Assembly: GCA_943330455.2 (NCBI GenBank) | Contig: CALQHT020000003.1 | Location: forward strand, 310 to 64,309 | From: Nitrosovibrio sp. Nv4 | GTDB lineage: Bacteria; Pseudomonadota; Alphaproteobacteria; Acetobacterales; Acetobacteraceae | DNA: 64,000 nt | Reading direction: 5' to 3' | In this document: one piece after another, positions 56,445 through 64,000 of the stretch | Position numbering within the stretch: the first letter of the stretch is position 1 | How the letters are laid out: each line of letters begins with the position of its first letter | Translations under genes and position numbers: made by a program | The notes under the pieces: generated by a model | Seen by the model: only the letters and a program-made list of their open reading frames with translations | Told to the model about the DNA's origin: nothing | Database searches by the model: none

Positions 56445-57968
56445 ATGAGTGCCACCACGGCCGAGGGCGGGCTGTTCAGTATCAGCGGCCGGCTCTGGTT
56501 GATCCTGCTGATGGTCCAACTGTCCAACATGCTGTTTGGCATGACCATCACCATCGCCAACGTGGTCCTGCCGCAGGTGCGCGGGACATTGTCGGCGACG
56601 CAGGATGAAATCTCCTGGGTGATCACGCTCAATCTCGTCGCCACGGCAGTGGCCACCCCGATGACCGGCTGGCTTGCGGCGCGTCTCGGTTGGCGCAACG
56701 TCATGCTGTGGTGCATCGGCGGCTTTACGGTGTCCTCGTTCCTGTGTGGTGTCGCCAACAGCCTGGAAACACTCGTCATCTACCGCGTCGGACAGGGCCT
56801 GTTCGGGGCGCCGATCGCACCAATGGGCCAGGCAATCCTGCTGGCGACCTTTCCACGCCACCTGCATGCCACCGCATTGGTGCTTTGGGGTGTCGGCGCG
56901 GTGTTTGGTCCGGTTCTGGGACCGGTCGTCGCCTCCCTGATGACCGAGGCCTATGACGACTGGCGTTCGGCCTTCTTCATCATCGTGCCGCCTGGCCTCT
57001 GTGCGTTGGTCTGCATCTGGTTCGCTCTGGCCGACCATAACGAAAGCAAGCCGACCTATTTCGACTGGACCGGCTTCATCACCTTGTCTTCCGCCATCCT
57101 GTGTGCGCAGTTGATCTTCGACCGGGGTCAGCGCCTGGATTGGTACGACTCCAACTTCATCGTCCTCCTGACCGTGCTGGGCATCGTCTCCCTCTACTGC
57201 TTCATCGTGCACTGTATGACCGCTCGGCGGCCATTCCTGGACCCAACCCTGTTGCTGGATCGAAATTTCGCGGTTGGCATCCTGATCGCGTTCGTGATGG
57301 GAATGCTGAGTTTTACGACCCTGGTTTTATACCCCAGCCTGCTGCACGACCTACGCGGCTACCCGGACAGTGCCATCGGTGTGCTGCTGGCGGCGCGCGG
57401 CCTGGGTAACTGGGTCGCCTTCCTGGTGATCGTTCGCATGACGCGCGTAGCGCCACGGCTTTCGATCGCCTTCGGCCTGGCCACACAGGCGTTCTCTGCC
57501 TACACCATGTCCCATTTCGACATCAATCTTACCGATTTCGACATCTTCTGGACCCATATGCTGCAAGGATTCGGCCAGAGCATCTCGTTCACGCCGATGA
57601 CGGTCATGGCTTTCGCGACCTTGCCGAAACACCAGATCACCGAAGGCAGCGGGGTCTTCACCCTGATGCGGAATTTCGGGTCGAGCCTGTTCATCTCGAT
57701 CACCGTGTTGACCTTGGTTCGCTCCACCAAGGTCAATTACGCGACATTGGTGGAGGGTATCTCGCCCTACAACAAGCTGATGCTGATGCCGAGCTGGCCG
57801 GATGCTTGGAGCATCCAGTCGACGGTGGGGCTGATGCGGCTGTCCGATGAGGTGCAGCGTCAGGCGGGCATGATCGGTTACATCAACTCATTCTATCTGA
57901 TGGCGTGCGTCGCGGCCGCCGCCATTCCGCTGGCATGTCTGATGCGGAAGGCGGCGGCGGAACGGTAG
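56445..57968 (+). CDS. DHA2 family MFS efflux transporter (EmrB/QacA-like)
   Basis: IANVVLP, WVITLNLVA, RVGQGLFG, GPVLGP; about 14 TMs. Confidence 0.92.
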   Translation: MSATTAEGGLFSISGRLWLILLMVQLSNMLFGMTITIANVVLPQVRGTLSATQDEISWVITLNLVATAVATPMTGWLAARLGWRNVMLWCIGGFTVSSFLCGVANSLETLVIYRVGQGLFGAPIAPMGQAILLATFPRHLHATALVLWGVGAVFGPVLGPVVASLMTEAYDDWRSAFFIIVPPGLCALVCIWFALADHNESKPTYFDWTGFITLSSAILCAQLIFDRGQRLDWYDSNFIVLLTVLGIVSLYCFIVHCMTARRPFLDPTLLLDRNFAVGILIAFVMGMLSFTTLVLYPSLLHDLRGYPDSAIGVLLAARGLGNWVAFLVIVRMTRVAPRLSIAFGLATQAFSAYTMSHFDINLTDFDIFWTHMLQGFGQSISFTPMTVMAFATLPKHQITEGSGVFTLMRNFGSSLFISITVLTLVRSTKVNYATLVEGISPYNKLMLMPSWPDAWSIQSTVGLMRLSDEVQRQAGMIGYINSFYLMACVAAAAIPLACLMRKAAAER

Positions 57969-57977
57969 GGCCGAAGA

Positions 57978-59087
57978 TCAGTAGACGACCACCGACCGGA
58001 TCGACTCGCCTTTCCGCATCAGTTCGAACCCGTCGTTGATCTGCTCGAACGGCAGGACATGGGTGATCAGGTCATCGATGTTGATCTTGCCATCCATGTA
58101 CCAGTCGACGATGCGCGGGACATCGGTCCGCCCACGCGCGCCGCCGAACGCGGTGCCCATCCAGGTGCGGCCTGTCACCAACTGGAACGGCCTGGTGGAG
58201 ATTTCCTGACCGGCGCCCGCCACGCCGATGATGATCGACTTGCCCCAACCGCGATGGGAGCATTCCAGCGCCTGGCGCATGACTTTGGTGTTGCCAATGC
58301 ACTCGAACGTGTAATCGGCGCCGCCCTTGGTCAGGTCCACCAGATAGGGCACCAGATCGCCCTCGACCTCGCTTGGGTTGACGAAATCCGTCATCCCGAA
58401 ACGCTCGGCCATGGGCTTGCGGCCTGGATTCAGGTCTACGCCGACGATCTGTTCGGCGCCCACCATCCGCAGGCCCTGGATCACGTTCAGTCCGATGCCG
58501 CCCAGGCCGAACACCACGCAGCGGGCGCCGGCTTCCACTTTCGCCGTGTTCATCACCGCGCCCAGGCCGGTGGTCACGCCGCAGCCGATGTAGCAGACCT
58601 TGTCGAACGGAGCGTCGGGGCGGATTTTCGCCAACGCGATCTCCGGCAGCACCGTGTAGTTGGCGAAGGTGGAGGTGCCCATGTAGTGGAACACCGGCTC
58701 CCCTTCGCAGGAGAACCGGCTCGTGCCATCCGGCATCAGCCCCTTGCCTTGCGTCGCGCGGATTGCCACGCACAGATTGGTCTTGCGGCTGAGGCAGTAT
58801 TCGCACTGCCGGCATTCCGGCGTGTAGAGCGGGATGACGTGATCGCCCTTCTTCAGGCTGCTCACATTCTTGCCGACATCGACGACGACGCCCGCGCCCT
58901 CATGCCCCAGGATGGCCGGGAACAGCCCTTCCGGGTCGGCGCCCGACAGCGTGTATTCGTCGGTGTGGCAGATACCGGTGGCCTTGATTTCCACCAGCAC
59001 TTCACCTTCCCGCGGGCCGTCCAGATCGACGGTCTCCAGGCTGAGCTTCTCTCCGGCCTTGCGGGCGACGGCGGCGCGAACTTTCAT
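57978..59087 (-). CDS. frmA: S-(hydroxymethyl)glutathione dehydrogenase / class III alcohol dehydrogenase
   Basis: GICHTD, GHEGAG, ECRQCEYC..NLC, GCGVTTG, RPFQLVTGR. Confidence 0.97.
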   Translation of the reverse strand: MKVRAAVARKAGEKLSLETVDLDGPREGEVLVEIKATGICHTDEYTLSGADPEGLFPAILGHEGAGVVVDVGKNVSSLKKGDHVIPLYTPECRQCEYCLSRKTNLCVAIRATQGKGLMPDGTSRFSCEGEPVFHYMGTSTFANYTVLPEIALAKIRPDAPFDKVCYIGCGVTTGLGAVMNTAKVEAGARCVVFGLGGIGLNVIQGLRMVGAEQIVGVDLNPGRKPMAERFGMTDFVNPSEVEGDLVPYLVDLTKGGADYTFECIGNTKVMRQALECSHRGWGKSIIIGVAGAGQEISTRPFQLVTGRTWMGTAFGGARGRTDVPRIVDWYMDGKINIDDLITHVLPFEQINDGFELMRKGESIRSVVVY

Positions 59088-59165
59088 CCATGGTCTCCGG
59101 TAACAGGGTAATCGAGATGGTGCGTGGGGAAGCGTCCCGGATCAAGCGGGATCGCCGAGGCCGGG

Positions 59166-59933
59166 TTATCGGACGAAGCGCAACCGCACGCCACCCAGCC
59201 AGACCTGACCGTCCGCGCCCACCAATCCACGTTCGGTCGCCACAGAGAGCGCACGATCCGGATCCGGCACCTGAATCGTCAGGCCGATCAGGCGCTCGAC
59301 CCCAGGCTCCGTGGCGGGCACGAACCGGATCGAGCCATGGGTCAGATGGATCGACGGCGTCGAACCGTCGGCAAGCGGCACATCCATGATCCGCGCCCAA
59401 TGCCCGGCGAGATCGAGCGGATCCGACGCCTCCATCTCCACCTCCCGCAGCAACGGCGGTTGGTTCGGCCGAACGAGGCTGGGCCAGTCGGGGCCGGCGG
59501 GATGGAACGGCCCCGTCAAATCCTCGCCTCCAAGCGTATGATTGAATTCCAGCATCGCTGCTCGGCAGTCCCTAGGGTGCAACTGCAGGCCGACATAGCC
59601 GTCATGCTGGATCGCATTGGCGATGCGCACACCCATCGCTTCGACATGGGCTTTGCGCGCATCGATGTCGTCGCAATCCAGGATCGCCATATAGCCGCCT
59701 CGCCCGGCCGAGCGTTCGATGAACCGGCCGGCCGCGGTGCCGTCCTGGGTCGGCGCGACCAGTTCCAGGATATCCGGCCCCAACGGGAACAACGCATTTT
59801 CCAACCCATAGGGCGCGACATTGGGATCGCGAAAGCACACCGAGGTGCCCAGAATCGCGACGATATCGTCTTCCACGGGTTGCAGGCGCGGAACCGCCAG
59901 ACAGATTTGCCGCAGCCGGAGGTAGGATTTCAT
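59166..59933 (-). CDS. VOC/glyoxalase-like protein
   Basis: LRLRQICL, GLENALFP, GGYMAIL, LQLHPRD. Confidence 0.8.
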   Translation of the reverse strand: MKSYLRLRQICLAVPRLQPVEDDIVAILGTSVCFRDPNVAPYGLENALFPLGPDILELVAPTQDGTAAGRFIERSAGRGGYMAILDCDDIDARKAHVEAMGVRIANAIQHDGYVGLQLHPRDCRAAMLEFNHTLGGEDLTGPFHPAGPDWPSLVRPNQPPLLREVEMEASDPLDLAGHWARIMDVPLADGSTPSIHLTHGSIRFVPATEPGVERLIGLTIQVPDPDRALSVATERGLVGADGQVWLGGVRLRFVR

Positions 59934-59964
59934 ACGAATTCTCCCTGAACCATATCGTCGTTGA

Positions 59965-61734
59965 TCAGTCACCACCCGCCGGAGCTGGCCCCGGGATCAC
60001 CCGCCCCGGCTTGTCGCCCTCACGCTGAAACACCAGAGCGCGATCGTGCAAGTCCGCGACCGACGGCCGGTGAGCAATCGACACCAGGGTCGCGTCCGGC
60101 AGCCGTTCGCGCAATGTGCGATACAGATGCGCCTCGGCCGAGGGGTCCAGGCTGGCGGTCGCCTCATCCAGGAAGATCCATGCCGGTTTGGCCAGCAGGG
60201 CCCGCGCCAACGCGACGCGCTGTTGTTCCCCCCCGGACAGGCTTTGGGCCCAGTTCTCGTCCCGATCGAGCTGATCGATCAGCCGCGGCAACCCGGCATC
60301 GCGCAACACCTGTTCGATTTCGGGACGAGGATACAGGTCGGGCGGATTCGGATAGGTCACCACATGGCGCAGGGACCCCAGCGGGATATAGGGGCGCTGC
60401 GGCAGGAAGAAGCTGTGCGGCGGCAGTTCGACCTGCCCGTGCCCGAACGGCCAGATGCCGGCGAGCGCCCTGAACAAGGTCGATTTCCCAGACCCGGATG
60501 CGCCGGTGATCACCACGGAATGGCCGGGCATCAGGGTCAGGTCGATGTTTTCGGCCAGGGTCGAGCCGTTCGGCAAACCCAAGGTCACACCCCGCATCCG
60601 CACGGTATTGTCGGCCGCAACCGCGCTCTCGAACGCCGAACCTTCCGTGGCGCGCGCTTCGGCCAAAGCGCGCTGGAAGGTCGCCAGACGTTCGACGATG
60701 GCGCGCCACAGGGCCAGATCCGAGTAGCTGGAAATGAACCAGGACAGCGCGTCCTGCACCTGGGAAAACGAGCCGGCGGTCTGCGTCAGCGCGCCCAGCG
60801 GGATCTGGCCACTGAAATAGCGCGGTGCCGCGATGATGAAGGGAAACACGACGGCTGCCTGCTCATAACCGGCGACGAACGCGTTCAGCGCCTTGTTGCG
60901 CCGCATGATGCCCCACCAGTTGCCGATCAGCGCCGCGAAACGATGACGCAGATTGGCACTCTCCTCGGCTTCGCCCCGGTACAGCGCGATGCCCTCGGTA
61001 TTCTCCCGCACCCTGACCAGCGCGTAGCGGAAATCCGCTTCCACGCGCTGCTGGCGGAAGCGCAAGGTGGCCAAGGGACGGCCGATCAGATGGGTCAGGA
61101 AGGTGCCGATCGACGCGTAGATCAGCACCAGCCACACCATGTAGCCGGGAATCGGGATACCGAAGACTTCAACCGTCCCGGACAGGCCCCAAAGGATGGT
61201 GATGAAACTGATCAACGTGACGATGTTGGCGAGGAAACTGATGCCCAAAGTCAGGTTGCTGTCGACGAAATCGCGCACATCCTCGGCGATGCGCTGATCG
61301 GGGTTGTCGGTGCCGAGATGGGCACGATCGCGAGACAGGGAGATGTGATAATAGGCCCGATCGGCCATCCAGTCGGCCAGGAAGCGTCGGGTCATCCAGT
61401 CACGCCAGCGGATTTGCAACCACTGTTTCAGATAGGTGAAATACACCGCGACCAGGATGTAAACCGCCGCGACCTCACAGAAGCCGGGCATGAACCCGCT
61501 CTCGGTCCACCGATACAGGTAAAGCAGTTCAAAGAACGCGTCCCAATCCTTGTTCTCCAAGGTGTTGAAGAACTCGCGGTTCCAGAAACTCAGCACCACG
61601 GACATGCCGACCAGCGACATCCGCAGCGCCAGGATCGCGACCAGCAGGCCCCAGGCGGACCATTTCTCCTCCGACCTGAAATAGGGGCGCGCAAGCCACC
61701 ACGCGTCTTTCAGAAAAGGGCCGAGACCGCGCAT
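59965..61734 (-). CDS. ABC transporter, fused permease plus ATPase (YddA/BacA-Rv1819c/ABCD-like)
   Basis: DNPDQRIAED, EADFRYAL EAA-like motif, GASGSGKS, LSGGEQQR, FLDEATA. Confidence 0.93.
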   Translation of the reverse strand: MRGLGPFLKDAWWLARPYFRSEEKWSAWGLLVAILALRMSLVGMSVVLSFWNREFFNTLENKDWDAFFELLYLYRWTESGFMPGFCEVAAVYILVAVYFTYLKQWLQIRWRDWMTRRFLADWMADRAYYHISLSRDRAHLGTDNPDQRIAEDVRDFVDSNLTLGISFLANIVTLISFITILWGLSGTVEVFGIPIPGYMVWLVLIYASIGTFLTHLIGRPLATLRFRQQRVEADFRYALVRVRENTEGIALYRGEAEESANLRHRFAALIGNWWGIMRRNKALNAFVAGYEQAAVVFPFIIAAPRYFSGQIPLGALTQTAGSFSQVQDALSWFISSYSDLALWRAIVERLATFQRALAEARATEGSAFESAVAADNTVRMRGVTLGLPNGSTLAENIDLTLMPGHSVVITGASGSGKSTLFRALAGIWPFGHGQVELPPHSFFLPQRPYIPLGSLRHVVTYPNPPDLYPRPEIEQVLRDAGLPRLIDQLDRDENWAQSLSGGEQQRVALARALLAKPAWIFLDEATASLDPSAEAHLYRTLRERLPDATLVSIAHRPSVADLHDRALVFQREGDKPGRVIPGPAPAGGD

Positions 61735-61741
61735 GCGATTA

Positions 61742-62224
61742 TCATCTTCCGCTGTTTGAACCGAGCCGCTGATCAAGCGTGGCGAGCCATGCCTGGAGCC
61801 GCCCTCGATTGGCACCCAGGTCGGAATAGCCGTAAACACTGCGCGAATACAGCAGGAGCGTGCTGGACTCCGGCCCCGTCGCCGCGACCTGCACCGTGAC
61901 CAGATCCGGGAAATTCAGCGTCGCGCTGCGGACCACATAATGGACCTGCCGTTGCTCGTCGTAAGCAGCCGCGAGGAAGACCAGCGGCTCCGCCTCTGCC
62001 ATCGCGCGCACCGACGCATAGAGTCGTTCCGCAGACAGTGGATAAATCGGCGTGACCAGGTCCGGCGTCGGCTTGAAATCCGCCGGTCCCGCGAGCGCCG
62101 TATTGGGGCTGGTCGGACGCGCGATCGTCGTCATGTCCATGATCGGTGGCACCGGCAGGCCTTGCGCGCCGATGGCCCCGCAGGCCGGCAGAAGCAAACC
62201 CAACAGCCATGCGAAGGGCGTCAT
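61742..62224 (-). CDS. DUF1499-like protein, probably exported or a lipoprotein
   Basis: LLLPAC signal, PNTALA, VVRSATLNFPDLV, SRSVYGYSDLGANRGR. Confidence 0.75.
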   Translation of the reverse strand: MTPFAWLLGLLLPACGAIGAQGLPVPPIMDMTTIARPTSPNTALAGPADFKPTPDLVTPIYPLSAERLYASVRAMAEAEPLVFLAAAYDEQRQVHYVVRSATLNFPDLVTVQVAATGPESSTLLLYSRSVYGYSDLGANRGRLQAWLATLDQRLGSNSGR

Positions 62225-63117
62225 CCCGGGAGACGCGTGAGTTTGCTGACCGCCCGATCGAATTGCGCCAGATAGATATTCTCCCGCGCATCCAGCCAGA
62301 TGCCGTGCACGTTGAACGCCCCCTTGTGCGGCTCATCCGGGCCAAAATGGGCGAGCTTCTGCCGGTTCATGGTCCAGACCGACACGCCATCGGCGCCGGC
62401 GACATAGATATGCTCCCGCCCGAACGCCAGGTCGCTTGGCAGGGAGAACCCGGTCCATTCCGCCAGGAAAGCCCCGTTTGGCGCGAAAATCTGGATGCGG
62501 TTGTTCTCCCGGTCGCACACATACAGCCGATCCTGCGCGTCCGCCGAAATGAAATGCACCAGCGCGAACTGCCCGGGACCGTTGCCTGGCTCCCCCCACG
62601 TGTTCAGCAGCGCGCCGGAGCGGGAGAAATGGTGCACGCGGCGATTGCCATATCCGTCCGACACGAACACCCCGTCATCGGAGGTGAACGCCACGCCGGT
62701 CGGCATGTTGAACGGCTTGCCATAGAAGGTCGGCTCCGCGACATGGGCCGTCCCGAGGGTCAGCAGCAATGTGCCATCCGGCTCGTGACAGGTCACGGTG
62801 TGCAAGCCCGTGTCGGTGATCCAGATCTTCCCGTAGCGGTCGATACTCAGCCCATGCACGAAATGGGAGAACTGCCCCTCTCCCCACGACGTCACAAACC
62901 CCCCATCCCCATCGAACACCATCACCGGATGCGACGACCGGCTGAGCACATAGACATCCCCGTTGGCCGCGACGGCGCCCTTCACGCTGGTGCGCGGTGG
63001 CCCTTTCAATCCCGCCTCGCCAAAGTTCCACCAGCGCGGCGGGCGAGCCCAATCCCGCCGGAATCCATAGCGGTAGGCGCCCTGGCCCAGGACGATGTCG
63101 GCGGTCTGATCTGGCAT
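62221..63117 (-). CDS. NHL-repeat beta-propeller, peptidyl-alpha-hydroxyglycine alpha-amidating lyase-like
   Basis: FNMPTGVAF, VSDGYGNRRV, WGEPGNGPGQF, VCDRENNRIQIF. Confidence 0.85.
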   Translation of the reverse strand: MPDQTADIVLGQGAYRYGFRRDWARPPRWWNFGEAGLKGPPRTSVKGAVAANGDVYVLSRSSHPVMVFDGDGGFVTSWGEGQFSHFVHGLSIDRYGKIWITDTGLHTVTCHEPDGTLLLTLGTAHVAEPTFYGKPFNMPTGVAFTSDDGVFVSDGYGNRRVHHFSRSGALLNTWGEPGNGPGQFALVHFISADAQDRLYVCDRENNRIQIFAPNGAFLAEWTGFSLPSDLAFGREHIYVAGADGVSVWTMNRQKLAHFGPDEPHKGAFNVHGIWLDARENIYLAQFDRAVSKLTRLPG

Positions 63118-63248
63118 GCTCGTGTCCCTTTCGGTCGAGGGTTCGGTCCGACAGAACCCGGTCCGGCTCTGGCGGCGGTGTTTGCCCGCGCGCCCTATCA
63201 TGGCACGTTCGGGCGACGGATACCGAACCATCTCAAGCGGAGGCAACC

Positions 63249-64000
63249 ATGCGGCTCAAGGACAAGATCGCGATCATCACCGGCGCGGCGTCAGGGATCG
63301 GGCATGCTACCGCCGGATTGTTCCTGGCCGAGGGGGCGCGGGTCCTGGGCGCCGACATCCAGGCGTTTCCGGCCGATTTGACCGGTCACGCGTATTTCCA
63401 CGGCATGGAAATCGACCTGACCGAGCAGGGCGCCGGGGCGGCGGTGTTCGATGCCTGCGACAAGGCGTTCGGAACGCCCGATATCCTGTTCAACAATGCG
63501 GGGATCGGTAATGCGCGCCCCATCCTGGACACCGACGACGCGATGCTTGCGCGTTTCATCGCGGTGAACCTGACCGCTCCATTCCGGTTGGCGCGAGAGG
63601 CTGTGCGGGTCATGCGCGGCCGTGGCGGCGTGATCATCAACACCGCCTCGATCTACGGGATACGCGGTGCGGCGTCGTCCTCGGCCTATGGTCCGACCAA
63701 GGCGGCGATGATCGGGATGACGCAGCAACTGGCGACCGAATATGGCCGCGATGGGATCCGTGTGAACGCGATCGCCCCGGGCCTGATCGTGACCCCGATG
63801 AACGCCGATCGGATCGCGAACAACGCGGCATTCCGGGATCAGATGGTGGGGCGGACTCCGCTGGGGCATCCCGGCACGCCCGACGATATCGCCCAGGCGT
63901 GCCTGTTCCTGGCGTCGGACGCCGCCCGGTTCATCAGTGGGGTCACACTGCCGGTGGATGGAGGATGGTCGGCCGCCGGCTACATGCCGCCCCAGGTCTG
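63249..64000 (+). CDS. Short-chain dehydrogenase/reductase (runs to the window edge; final TG is probably the start of TGA)
   Basis: Hand translation MRLKDKIAIITGAASGIG..NNAG..YGPTK..VDGGW; absent from the ORF track because it is open at the edge. Confidence 0.92.
   Translation, partial: MRLKDKIAIITGAASGIGHATAGLFLAEGARVLGADIQAFPADLTGHAYFHGMEIDLTEQGAGAAVFDACDKAFGTPDILFNNAGIGNARPILDTDDAMLARFIAVNLTAPFRLAREAVRVMRGRGGVIINTASIYGIRGAASSSAYGPTKAAMIGMTQQLATEYGRDGIRVNAIAPGLIVTPMNADRIANNAAFRDQMVGRTPLGHPGTPDDIAQACLFLASDAARFISGVTLPVDGGWSAAGYMPPQV

Overview
GC-rich alphaproteobacterial chromosomal DNA; an Acetobacteraceae/Rhodospirillales-like origin is inferred from gene content and repeat types. I saw no rRNA, tRNA, CRISPR, integrase or transposase. 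Layout: (1) 372-9982, a Tad/Flp pilus operon, including a 56-aa Flp pilin missed by the ORF track; (2) a convergent, atypical RpoH-family sigma factor with a GANTC-rich upstream region; (3) catabolic genes (NIPSNAP, extradiol dioxygenase, luciferase-like monooxygenase) and housekeeping genes (gltA, SUA5/tsaC, pepA, holC), plus a diguanylate cyclase, amidohydrolase, MoeB-like/DsrE-like pair, SH3 protein, CMD-like protein, SDR and a fused hydantoinase/oxoprolinase; (4) 31412-45166, a Wzx/Wzy exopolysaccharide cluster with unusual tailoring enzymes (Wzx-GNAT fusion, ATP-grasp ligase, BAAT-like hydrolase, WecB/TagA-priming transferase fusion), followed directly by a LuxU/LuxO-like sigma54 phosphorelay and a hybrid kinase whose own Hpt lacks the phospho-His, with candidate -24/-12 promoters in front of the EPS operons; (5) 51.6-64 kb, redox, catabolic and transport genes. 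Non-coding structure includes two tandem arrays with different periods sharing the core CCCARTGGGA, a 112-bp palindromic repeat family (two full copies and one partial, one copy inside the tad operon) and three other MITE/REP-like palindromes. The best candidate for an undescribed system is the sigma54/LuxO-like-controlled, chemically decorated EPS locus. All product calls come from motif recognition by eye; no database searches were run.
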